This document shows positions 50,443-59,467 of a DNA stretch of 61,124 nt, one piece after another. This DNA comes from Promethearchaeota archaeon. Its GTDB lineage: Archaea; Asgardarchaeota; Hermodarchaeia; Hermodarchaeales; Hermodarchaeaceae. A model generated the notes under the pieces. It saw only the letters and a list, made by a program, of their open reading frames with translations. It made no database searches and was not told the DNA's origin. The position numbers and the translations under genes are program-made. How positions within the stretch are numbered: position 1 is the stretch's first letter; the number at the start of each line of letters is the position of its first letter. The stretch is from contig JBHLMG010000014.1 of NCBI GenBank assembly GCA_048938385.1, forward strand, positions 1-61,124, written 5' to 3'.

Positions 50443-51024
50443 TTGACAATTCAAAAGTGGGTGATCATCCTGATGAGCAACCAAAGCCAGCAAAAAGAAG
50501 CTTTTGAAAAGAATATGTTCAGCCCGCTCCCCATTGCCTTAGTTGGAGCCCTCGTCAACGATGTGCCCAACTACCTAGTAATCGGATATATTTGCCCCTT
50601 TGATTTTGGACGATACCTGTTCTTCAGTTTATACAAGAAACGGCATACTCGCATTGGCATCCACGAACACCGTACTTTTAGCGTAAATGTACCCTCCAAA
50701 AACCTCATCAAAGAGGTTACTATCTGTGGTAGCAAATCTGGACGCGACATCGATAAAAGCTTGCTTTTCACAGTGTTTTTTGGCGAGCTGAAAACCGCAC
50801 CAATGATTCACCAATGCCCCATCAATATTGAATGTGAAGTCGCAGAAATTTTAGATTACGGACAAAACGACGGCATCATAGGACGCGTCGTCAAATCATA
50901 TGTCAACCCAGAATGCCTCACGGAGGGCAAACTCGATATGCGAAAGGTTCACCCCATCATTTGGGCCACAGGCGGCGACTACAACTACTACGAGCTCGGG
51001 AACCGGATTAGTAACCCGATTTGA
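50443..51024 (+). CDS. Flavin reductase family protein
   Basis: FSVNVP, CGSKSGRDIDK, APMI..CPINIEC. Confidence 0.88.
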   Translation: MTIQKWVIILMSNQSQQKEAFEKNMFSPLPIALVGALVNDVPNYLVIGYICPFDFGRYLFFSLYKKRHTRIGIHEHRTFSVNVPSKNLIKEVTICGSKSGRDIDKSLLFTVFFGELKTAPMIHQCPINIECEVAEILDYGQNDGIIGRVVKSYVNPECLTEGKLDMRKVHPIIWATGGDYNYYELGNRISNPI

Positions 51025-51242
51025 ATCAGGATGCTTTCATCTATAATCCTAACAAAAAAGACAGACTGGCCTACAACAAGAGCAGACCAAAAGGGCTCTA
51101 ATCCGAGAAACAATGAATTGTCAGGGTTCACTCATCTTCGTATTTAAACACTTGAGCCACATTCTCATCACCCCATGACCGAGTCGCACAACAGGCCTAT
51201 GCATAACAGCGCGAACCCCTCATGCACCGCATGCACAGAAGA

Positions 51243-51734
51243 TTAGCGGTTCACCACTAAATAGCGTCCGTATTTTTGTGTTTCATGATAGAGGTATTCA
51301 AAGTTATCCATGTATTCGGGAAAATCAAGTTCTTTACGCAAATCACGGACTATCGGCCAGAGTTTCTCCCACCGTTGTTGGACAACAAATATTTTGTAGG
51401 CAAGTTTGATATCGATGAGGTTGTTCTTTAGCAGAATACCAACGGCCTCGAAAAACGCGGCAACCTGGCGAAACGCAATGTGCATAGGGTGCTCACCGGG
51501 ATAGGGACCATACTTGGCTTGATACTCCGCATAAGTTTGGACATCAAGCATCATGACCTTCACATCGGCTTCTTGAAACTCCTTTGACATGAATGTAGCA
51601 TACAACCGCATGATCAGGTCCGTTTTCCGCATCCGCGCTTGATTTTGGTGATCCTTCACATAGTAGATCACAGCCCCCACTAACCCAATTGACGCAACAA
51701 TCACCGACGCATACGCCACCAGCTCAACTTGCAT
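51243..51734 (-). CDS. DUF4760-like membrane-anchored protein
   Basis: N-terminal TM; FFEAVGIL, NFEYLY. Confidence 0.65.
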   Translation of the reverse strand: MQVELVAYASVIVASIGLVGAVIYYVKDHQNQARMRKTDLIMRLYATFMSKEFQEADVKVMMLDVQTYAEYQAKYGPYPGEHPMHIAFRQVAAFFEAVGILLKNNLIDIKLAYKIFVVQQRWEKLWPIVRDLRKELDFPEYMDNFEYLYHETQKYGRYLVVNR

Positions 51735-52051
51735 ACCCTACACCTAAGTACCTTTTACCATCAAGTGCATCTTAAAAGAGTATAGGACTGATAAAACGCA
51801 CAATCCAAAAGCCGACAATGTGATTAGCTAAATGAAACCTGTGGAAGAATGTTAACTCACGAATTCCTCGTAAAATTTCCATTGAAAATAGAGAGGCGAG
51901 GACTTGGTTCTCCCTCTGTGTTTTTTCGTAAGATCATCAAAGCATCCAAGAATCCAATCTACTTCGGTTGATGGTTGTTTATAAGTGGTAAAATTTCCCA
52001 GTCTGTTACACTTATCTTTAGGTAGCAAACCTAGCTTGGGTTATTGCGAAT

Positions 52052-54592
52052 GTGGCCATGTTGATGGAGGACAAAGCTGAGGCAGCACCGACGCCTCTCA
52101 TAATACGAATAATTGCAGGGTTCAACTGCTTTATTTTCCTACTCATAACCTTCAGTTTACTCAAGCTACTGCTTAACCCAATCCTAATCAGTTTAATAAT
52201 TGATCCAACACTTCTCATAGTGGTAGATGCGATAGTAAACCCGGTTTTAGCGTTATTTGGGCTTCCTTTAACAACGCTGTTAACCTATCCTGTTATCCTA
52301 GGTTTTTCCTACATATGCATTGGAGTGGTAGGGATCGTAATTACAGTAATGATCATTTATCGCAGATCACAGGCTCTGCTACTGGGTAGTATCATCTGTA
52401 CCATCAGTATCAGTGGTAGCATAATAAGCTACATTCTCATTGCGTCTTTTCTTTTCAATCCACTGGAGGAAATTTTTGTATTATTTCGAGCCCTCGTTAA
52501 TGGGTTTTTACCGCTGGTGTTTCTCTCGATTCCTCTTTTTCTCTGGTATTTCAATGAGTATTCTAATACCATCGCTCCGCTTCACCGCTTCATTTTCATC
52601 TGGAATCTTGATGCTGTCAGTTTATTGTGGACAATCTGGATCATTCCAGGACTCGTCGTATTCACCGTCGATACAGTAGTGCTGTTCGGGATTGTTTATA
52701 CAATTGTCGCCATCATCAGCGTAATTAATCTATTATTCCGCCCCCTCATAACCCGCCTGATCATTCAAACAGCCCGATGGGCCCTCGGCTTTTCAATCAC
52801 TTTTATTCTGATTGTTCTTCTCAATTCAGCGATTATTCGCCTTGTTCCGTTGATTACACCCGGCTTCATTGTACTTGGCCTTCCTATGGCGTTTCTCGCT
52901 AGCCTTTGTTTTACGGCAATTAACGCCCTTTATATTGGTATCATAGACTTGGACGATAGTACCTCATTCTTCCAAAACCGAGTATATCATCATCTCTTTA
53001 CCAAGGCGAGTCATCGTGGTGTATCCCAAACACCGGGGCTACTTTGCATCCAAATCGATGGATTAAGTTATCCCGCTTTACAAGAAGCCATTCAACGAGG
53101 TTATATGCCTACGGTCAAGTCGCTGATCGACTCTGGGAATTATAAAGCCATTCAGTGGGATTGCGGGCTTCCCTCAACAACTCCTTGTTGCCTTGCTGGT
53201 ATCATGCATGGTCACAACAATGACATTCCAGGCTTCTGTTGGTATCGGAAAAAAGAGGACCGGTTGCTTGTCTTCAACCGTCCCCGAGATGCAGGAGATA
53301 TCGAGAAGGACCAAACGACTGGAAAAGGTCTGATTCGGGGAGGAACAAGTGTTGGGAATGTCTTCAGTGGCGATGCAGCCTATAGCTTCTTTACCATGGC
53401 CAAACTCACTAAACAAGATGCTCAAACCAGTAAGCACCGCCGCGAAGACCTCTACTATTATCTTCTCCACCCTTACGCACTCATGCGAACAATAGTCCTA
53501 ACTTTTTGGGACGTGATTATGGCTTGTACACATCTGGTTAAATGGTGGATATTCCATCGAAAACCACGAATGGTCCAACCTCGAAGAAATTACATTTTTT
53601 ATCGACCGGGCACCAACATACTACTGCGAGATATTGTCACGAATATTGTCAGTCTGAACATCTCTCGAGGGTCCCCCGCAATTTATGCCACCTACTATGG
53701 CTATGATGAGATTGCCCATTATGCGGGAACATTCTCAACCACCGCGTTCAGGGCGTTATCTGGCATCGACAAGCAGGTTCGTCGCCTCTTGTATGTCATC
53801 CGAAAATATGCTCCCCGACCTTACGAGTTCTTTATGCTGGCGGATCATGGCCAATCTTTTGGCTTGACCTTTCGACAACGGTATCGTCATTCACTCCAAG
53901 ATACAATTTTCAACCTATTAGGAGGGAAGGCACGAGTCAGCGAAATCGATAGCCATGAACTCCCTGATACATTTGTCGGAGGGCTCATTGCTGATTTCAA
54001 AGAATCAAACTATAATGTAACAATACCTCACCAAGGGGACATTGAAGGCGAAAAAACCGTGGATCATTCAGAGATGTCGCAGCTTACAGATGATGTCATC
54101 GTCTGTCCATCAGGTAATCTTGCTCACATCTATTTCACGCATAAAGTGGGGCGTGTCACCTTAGAAGAGCTAGAGGCAAAATACCCAGGGTTCCTAACTC
54201 GTCTTGTCGCACATGAAGGAATTGGCTTCGTCATCGTGACGGACGCTGATGATGGTCCTGTTCTCCTTGGGGAAGAAGGCGCAGTCATTCTGCGTACTGG
54301 CCTTGTCCGAGGTGCGAACCCCCTTACCGCTTATGGGAAAGAAGATTTACGAATCCAACAGCTCCAGCGCCTTGCTGAGTTTCCTAGTAGCGGCGACCTT
54401 ATTTTAAACAGTCAAATTTATTCGGATGGCACAGTAGCTGCATTTGAGGAACTCGTTGGGAGTCATGGTGGACTCGGGGGATTACAGACTGCTCCTTTTC
54501 TTTTGCATCCTGCTGAAATCGAAGTGGATAGAGCCCGCCTAGTGGATTCTGATCAGCTTTATCCGCTTCTTAATCAACGACGCGCTCCTTGA
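52052..54592 (+). CDS. Membrane (holin-like) domain fused to alkaline-phosphatase-superfamily domain
   Basis: Multi-TM N-terminus; QIDGL, YDEIAH, ADHGQ, AAFEELVGSHGGLGG. Confidence 0.8.
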   Translation: MAMLMEDKAEAAPTPLIIRIIAGFNCFIFLLITFSLLKLLLNPILISLIIDPTLLIVVDAIVNPVLALFGLPLTTLLTYPVILGFSYICIGVVGIVITVMIIYRRSQALLLGSIICTISISGSIISYILIASFLFNPLEEIFVLFRALVNGFLPLVFLSIPLFLWYFNEYSNTIAPLHRFIFIWNLDAVSLLWTIWIIPGLVVFTVDTVVLFGIVYTIVAIISVINLLFRPLITRLIIQTARWALGFSITFILIVLLNSAIIRLVPLITPGFIVLGLPMAFLASLCFTAINALYIGIIDLDDSTSFFQNRVYHHLFTKASHRGVSQTPGLLCIQIDGLSYPALQEAIQRGYMPTVKSLIDSGNYKAIQWDCGLPSTTPCCLAGIMHGHNNDIPGFCWYRKKEDRLLVFNRPRDAGDIEKDQTTGKGLIRGGTSVGNVFSGDAAYSFFTMAKLTKQDAQTSKHRREDLYYYLLHPYALMRTIVLTFWDVIMACTHLVKWWIFHRKPRMVQPRRNYIFYRPGTNILLRDIVTNIVSLNISRGSPAIYATYYGYDEIAHYAGTFSTTAFRALSGIDKQVRRLLYVIRKYAPRPYEFFMLADHGQSFGLTFRQRYRHSLQDTIFNLLGGKARVSEIDSHELPDTFVGGLIADFKESNYNVTIPHQGDIEGEKTVDHSEMSQLTDDVIVCPSGNLAHIYFTHKVGRVTLEELEAKYPGFLTRLVAHEGIGFVIVTDADDGPVLLGEEGAVILRTGLVRGANPLTAYGKEDLRIQQLQRLAEFPSSGDLILNSQIYSDGTVAAFEELVGSHGGLGGLQTAPFLLHPAEIEVDRARLVDSDQLYPLLNQRRAP

Positions 54593-54678
54593 ATATGAAA
54601 ACTGATTAAAACTCAAGAGTACAGACAGCTGATAATCTTAAGGAGTAAAGGTCAAAATCAATACGAGTCTGATCTTTA

Positions 54679-55569
54679 ATGTCATATTGGATTGGGATTC
54701 TCCTTGCAATCTTTTCAGGCATCAGTAGTAATCTTGGGACTTTGGCGCAGAAGAAAGTAGTTAATGATTTGCCAACAGTAGCAAAACAAACAAAATTTCT
54801 TCGCACCCTCGTCAAGACGCCCCTTTGGCTTTTTGGGTTGGCTTTACAGTTTGTAGTTGGAACTATCCTTTTCATGTTAGCTCAGGTCATGATCGGTCCT
54901 GCGTTAATCCCCGGCTTAATGGCGGCGGGATTAATCATCCTCGCAATCGGGTCTGTGAAATTAATTGGGGAATCCCTCAAACTCCCAGAACTACTTGGAT
55001 TACTGATGATTGGATTGGCAATTATTACATTCACCTTTAGTGGATTAGTCATTGACATTCCCGGTTACGACTTTCTAACACTCAGTTTCCTGATAAGAAT
55101 TGGACTATTTACTACTGCCCTGACGGGAATCGTAGTGATTTTTCAAATTCTTCAATGGAAATGGGTTCAGCTTTATGCGATATCCCAAGCAGTCACTTCA
55201 GGATTACTGTTCGCAATCTCGAATTATTGGATTAGCCCCTTGCTGGCAACCTTCGTACATGTGTTTGCTGGTACCTTCATTCTTTCAGAGCTAGGCCTCT
55301 TCAGTATTGCCTCGATAATCCTTATCCTTACCAATATCTTCGGGACCACAACAATACAAAATGCGTTTAAAACAGGACAAGCCAGCTTAATGATTCCAAT
55401 TCAACAGGTACCCATTCAAATCATACCAGGGCTTGTCTATTTACTGGTATTCTTGCTTCCCCTAACTACCATCATTTCCCCAGTATTGTTCGTTATCGGA
55501 ATCATCTTGATCATCGTCGGCTCGTACCTCTTAGCCAAACGTCAACTCGTGCTCGAAGCAATTGAATAG
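54679..55569 (+). CDS. DMT-superfamily membrane protein
   Basis: About 9 TM; LAQKK..., PLWLFG. Confidence 0.7.
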   Translation: MSYWIGILLAIFSGISSNLGTLAQKKVVNDLPTVAKQTKFLRTLVKTPLWLFGLALQFVVGTILFMLAQVMIGPALIPGLMAAGLIILAIGSVKLIGESLKLPELLGLLMIGLAIITFTFSGLVIDIPGYDFLTLSFLIRIGLFTTALTGIVVIFQILQWKWVQLYAISQAVTSGLLFAISNYWISPLLATFVHVFAGTFILSELGLFSIASIILILTNIFGTTTIQNAFKTGQASLMIPIQQVPIQIIPGLVYLLVFLLPLTTIISPVLFVIGIILIIVGSYLLAKRQLVLEAIE

Positions 55570-55687
55570 TCGACAAAACGATTACCATGATTCTAAATCG
55601 TGCGCAGCACCTGCAAATTCAGAAGATGAGAAAAGAATAACATCGTCTAATCCAAAACCCAAAACGGTCTTCGATTAACAACTAAGC

Positions 55688-55783
55688 CTATTCTTGGAAG
55701 TTCTGAATCACCTGCGTCGTCTCACCCAAGTGATTCTTCACCGTCATACACAATATCATGTTCCCACTCATGGTGTGCATGGC
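55688..55783 (-). repeat. Hydrogenase 3'-end repeat copy
   Basis: In frame: AMHTMSGNMILCMTVKNHLGETTQVIQNFQE*. Confidence 0.85.
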
Positions 55784-55836
55784 AATCGTCTTCAGAAAAA
55801 TATTAAGACAACAGTCAAGAAAGCCACTTCAGAGGG

Positions 55837-56202
55837 ATGAATTTGCAGGAAAAGGACGCCATATCCTCTAGAAAAATCATTGGATTAGTTTTTGGTTATA
55901 TGGGGAGCTTTGAAGCATTTCTCGCATCCATCAACTTCTACCTCATGCCTGGCTGGATGTACTACCCGCTCATCCTCCCTATCAGCATCCCTTCCCTTTT
56001 GATCTTCTTCATCAGTACGACGCTAATCTTCAAAGCCCCCCAACCTGCAGGCTGCTTCCTCCTCGTAGGAAGCCTTGCCAGTGCCACGCTCACCCTCCTT
56101 TTCCCCTTCAGAATCCAAGGTCTCGGACTTGAACTCCTCATGGCAGCCCTCCTCGCTGGTATCGGAGGTACCGCAGCGCTACTCACAGGACGAACCAAAT
56201 GA
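55837..56202 (+). CDS. Hypothetical membrane protein
   Basis: 4 hydrophobic segments. Confidence 0.7.
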   Translation: MNLQEKDAISSRKIIGLVFGYMGSFEAFLASINFYLMPGWMYYPLILPISIPSLLIFFISTTLIFKAPQPAGCFLLVGSLASATLTLLFPFRIQGLGLELLMAALLAGIGGTAALLTGRTK

Positions 56203-56232
56203 TGGACACTAATTTTCAAAGGTCTGCAGCAG

Positions 56233-57084
56233 TTAACTAAATGCAACAGACCAAATCGCTTGTATTTCAGATTCAGTCAGCTGTCGTTGGGTTTTCGTTT
56301 GCTCATCGATGACTGTGACATTCACTTCACCGGGTTTCCGAGTTTTATCACGGAGAAGAGATTTCACGACCAGTGCCAGGGCTTGTTTAAAAGGTAAATC
56401 TGGTTTGACTCCTACCTTCAACAGCTCCTTAGCTGCTTTGCGATGTTGCCCCTCAGCCCAGGCGAGAACCTCCCGATAGGTGCCACTAGGATCCAGCACA
56501 AACAGGTGACTTCCCGTATCGTCAACGCCCCCAAGCAATGTCACGATTCCTAAGGGTCGACTTTCTTTTTTCGTCGTATACGAATGGATGAACAACGCCA
56601 ACTGGTTAGCTAGCTCTTCAACGAAAATTGGTGCCTTGGTCTCTGCTTTAAAGGCGTTCGCAAGGGAAATCGCATGATTCTTCAACAAATTAAAATCACC
56701 CGATAATCCCGTGGGCACCATCCCGATGTGATTGACAACCCGATAATTTTCCCAGGGATGATGGACCACGAAGGACAGGTCATCGTTCGCAGCCTCGCGA
56801 ACCCGCTCTTTGGCGAGGATAACCCCCTTATCATATCGCAGCCCCACAATCGTGACCCCCCGCGGTGGGGATTCCATGGCGTACTCGATTTGGAAGATGC
56901 GCCCATCCGGGGAAAACAGCGTGGTATCATCGTAGCCGCTGGGCATCCGAATCGGCAGGGTTTCAAAGTACCGGATTAGGGCGGCACGGATGAGTTCGGC
57001 TTTACTGCTGAACATGCCTTTCTGGACGACGGTGTCCATGAACCGGTCCAGTTCGGTGGAAACGACGACGCGTACTTCAGGCAT
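56233..57084 (-). CDS. RHH domain fused to a proteasome alpha-like subunit
   Basis: GMFSSKAELIRAAL RHH, then YDDTTLFSPDGRIFQIEYA, RPLG, LDPSG; GGAGG SD before ATG 57084. Confidence 0.85.
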   Translation of the reverse strand: MPEVRVVVSTELDRFMDTVVQKGMFSSKAELIRAALIRYFETLPIRMPSGYDDTTLFSPDGRIFQIEYAMESPPRGVTIVGLRYDKGVILAKERVREAANDDLSFVVHHPWENYRVVNHIGMVPTGLSGDFNLLKNHAISLANAFKAETKAPIFVEELANQLALFIHSYTTKKESRPLGIVTLLGGVDDTGSHLFVLDPSGTYREVLAWAEGQHRKAAKELLKVGVKPDLPFKQALALVVKSLLRDKTRKPGEVNVTVIDEQTKTQRQLTESEIQAIWSVAFS

Positions 57085-57163
57085 CCATAAAACCTCCAGA
57101 AAAATGGATATATAGCGGATAATATAAGTGTACCGCGGTAAACGGAGCAAAGGGAGCGACACC

Positions 57164-57280
57164 GTGAAGAAAATCAGCCTCCCCGAACCCAGCTACTGGA
57201 AACTCGTCGAGCTGAAAGCCAAGCTACGATGCGCCACTTGGAAAGAACTCATCGACACCCTCTACCAGAGGCTGGCGTAA
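57164..57280 (+). CDS. 38-aa RHH-like protein (absent from ORF track)
   Basis: MKKISLPEPSYWKLVELKAKLRCATWKELIDTLYQRLA; GGAG upstream; divergent from the proteasome-like gene. Confidence 0.55.
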   Translation: MKKISLPEPSYWKLVELKAKLRCATWKELIDTLYQRLA

Positions 57281-57300
57281 CAACGACTAGCAAAAAGGAA

Positions 57301-57407
57301 CTAATCCTCGAAGTTCTGAATCGCCTGCGTTTTCTCACCAAGATTATTGAGCATTTAATTTGCATCGCCATCTGTCCGTTAACCGCGTGAACTGCACAGG
57401 AAAGACA
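57301..57407 (-). repeat. Hydrogenase 3'-end repeat copy (full length, 1-nt deletion)
   Basis: CLSCAVHAVNGQMAMQI/MLNNLGEKTQAIQNFED*. Confidence 0.88.
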
Positions 57408-57459
57408 TCTTATTCAAGTGAATTCTCTAGCATCTTTAAAATGGGAATTTGTTTGCGAG

Positions 57460-59205
57460 TCACTCCCAGTCAGTGGAAGGAGTCGTTCCAAGTGGAAGAG
57501 GCTTGCCAGGTGTTGCAGGTGAATAGCGGAGTCCATTCCACAGAAAGTCAAAGGCAAAGACGAAGAACAACAAGAGCGTGCCAGGTATGAAGAGGACCAG
57601 AGGATTCGTAAAGAAAACACCACCGAACAGGAGGTCTTGAACCACCCAGCCGAGGTTCCACGAGAAACCGAATCCCAGGAATCCCGCCACAAAGGCGATT
57701 GCTCCACCCACCAAACAGTAAAGGACAAACAAGGGAATCAAGGACTTAGCCCATTCGCGTGGTATACTGGCACTCTTCCCAAGATTCGAGTTGCTGATTT
57801 TCCGGATTACTCCGGCTGAAAGGAGTACACCTACTATGAAAGTCATTCGTCCAAAAGTGCTGATGTAGAGGGCTGGAACCACGGGTAAAATGCACAAGGT
57901 GAGCACGATGACTGAAAATGGGAAGGCTAGCAGATAGTTGAGGGGCCAGGAAAGCTTGGTTCGAAGGGCATAGTACGCCCCTAACCCGATGAGCCCTCCA
58001 ACCACCGTGGCGATGAGGCTAATCTGTACGCTCTCCATGAGCAGAGGAAGCAGGCTCATTAACGAGTATTCCAGGGGAGCAGACCGGGGCCAGGGTTGCG
58101 CGGTAAAGGAGAACTGTCCGGCGATAGCTAATGCGACGAGGCTGCAGACGAGGACGATGCCAACAATGATGTGGGGTCGGTGAAGCGTTGATTTTTCTGG
58201 TGGGATCACCTGTTGTCCGTGGAGTTCGACTGGGTTCCGGTAGATAGTCCATCGCAGGATCCCTTCGAGGAGGATGGCAGCTAATCCAAAGGTAAGAATG
58301 TAGGTCACAAGAATCGCCAAGAGTCCTGGGAAATTCATCATGAAAATATAGGCTAAAAGTGCTCGCCCAATCCCATACCAGTTGTAGTAGATTTCAACGG
58401 GGACGGAAATGGAAACCGTCCAAACCAGCAATCGTGGAAGACCGTGGGAGAGCGGTGGCAGCTCATCACCGGGTGGTTGATAGAAGTAGTGCGTTGCCAC
58501 CGCGACAGAAAGGAGGGTAGTGAGCGTTGCTGGTGCAATGAGGTGCCAGCCACGATCTAGCAGTCCTGCAAGTGGATTCAAGGGGAGAGGAAAGCTATAG
58601 GTGCCCCCGAGCGGGAGTAAGCCGAGGAGACCTAACTGGAGAGCCCCCCAGAAAAAGGCGAAGGCAAGCAGTATCCACAGAAATTTTGAGAACACGATGT
58701 TGTACAGGTGTCGTTTCATCCCGTCGAGTGGGGTTGTCGCTCTGCGCCGAAACCAATAGAACACGACGAAAATAAATGACACGATGAGGAACGGTATAAG
58801 GACTAGCAGTAGGGTATTCGGGAACTGAGCACTGATTGGCTCTCCGACGGGACGGTAGCCTTCAATAAAAGAAGCAGTTTGCAAAAGCCGTCCTGAAAAG
58901 ATGTTGAAGAGAAAAATCCCGTATTGGATCGGTAAGGGGGAGTCGAATCCCCAGAGCGCCCTGATGAAAGCAGACAGCTCCTGCTGGTTTGCAGCCATGC
59001 TTCCTGAAATAAACAGCGCGATGGAATCACCCGGGACAATGCGCCAGTAGTAAAACAAGATGCTCGCCACGATGAACAGCACGAAGGCCGGCTTCACCAC
59101 CAAGTCAACAACCACCATCCATGTCGTGCGCTTTGTCCATTTCACCTGCGGCTCAATCAAAGACGAGTCTTCCATCAACGGTTCTTCTGATTCCAAACCA
59201 TCCAT
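57460..59205 (-). CDS. Peptide ABC permease-like protein (DppB-like N-half plus degenerate second permease)
   Basis: PGD, WGFDSPLPIQY, FPNTLLL, VEIYYNWYGIG. Confidence 0.75.
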   Translation of the reverse strand: MDGLESEEPLMEDSSLIEPQVKWTKRTTWMVVVDLVVKPAFVLFIVASILFYYWRIVPGDSIALFISGSMAANQQELSAFIRALWGFDSPLPIQYGIFLFNIFSGRLLQTASFIEGYRPVGEPISAQFPNTLLLVLIPFLIVSFIFVVFYWFRRRATTPLDGMKRHLYNIVFSKFLWILLAFAFFWGALQLGLLGLLPLGGTYSFPLPLNPLAGLLDRGWHLIAPATLTTLLSVAVATHYFYQPPGDELPPLSHGLPRLLVWTVSISVPVEIYYNWYGIGRALLAYIFMMNFPGLLAILVTYILTFGLAAILLEGILRWTIYRNPVELHGQQVIPPEKSTLHRPHIIVGIVLVCSLVALAIAGQFSFTAQPWPRSAPLEYSLMSLLPLLMESVQISLIATVVGGLIGLGAYYALRTKLSWPLNYLLAFPFSVIVLTLCILPVVPALYISTFGRMTFIVGVLLSAGVIRKISNSNLGKSASIPREWAKSLIPLFVLYCLVGGAIAFVAGFLGFGFSWNLGWVVQDLLFGGVFFTNPLVLFIPGTLLLFFVFAFDFLWNGLRYSPATPGKPLPLGTTPSTDWE

Positions 59206-59266
59206 CGTGAAAGGAAATCCCTCCGCGGGGTACTCAAAAATTCACTAATTTTAACTTATCGAGAAC

Positions 59267-59373
59267 TTATTCCTTGAAGTTCTGCAGCCCCTGCGTCGTC
59301 TCACCCAGATGGTTACGACCTCAATGCGCGTCGCCATGTGCCTATTCACAGCGTACACAGCACAAGAAAGACA
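59267..59373 (-). repeat. Hydrogenase 3'-end repeat copy (full length, 1-nt deletion)
   Basis: CLSCAVYAVNRHMATRIE/RNHLGETTQGLQNFKE*. Confidence 0.88.
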
Positions 59374-59467
59374 ATGCTCCCAAGGTTTAAAGCCAATAGT
59401 TGGTCTCTTCTAGCGGGTGGAGGGTGATGATGAACATCTTCCACAAATATCTAGGGATTGTGATGCT

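Noticed and set aside
52052-54592. Holin-like domain as evidence of a provirus
   Set aside because: This membrane-phosphatase fusion is a cellular family, and no viral genes are nearby.
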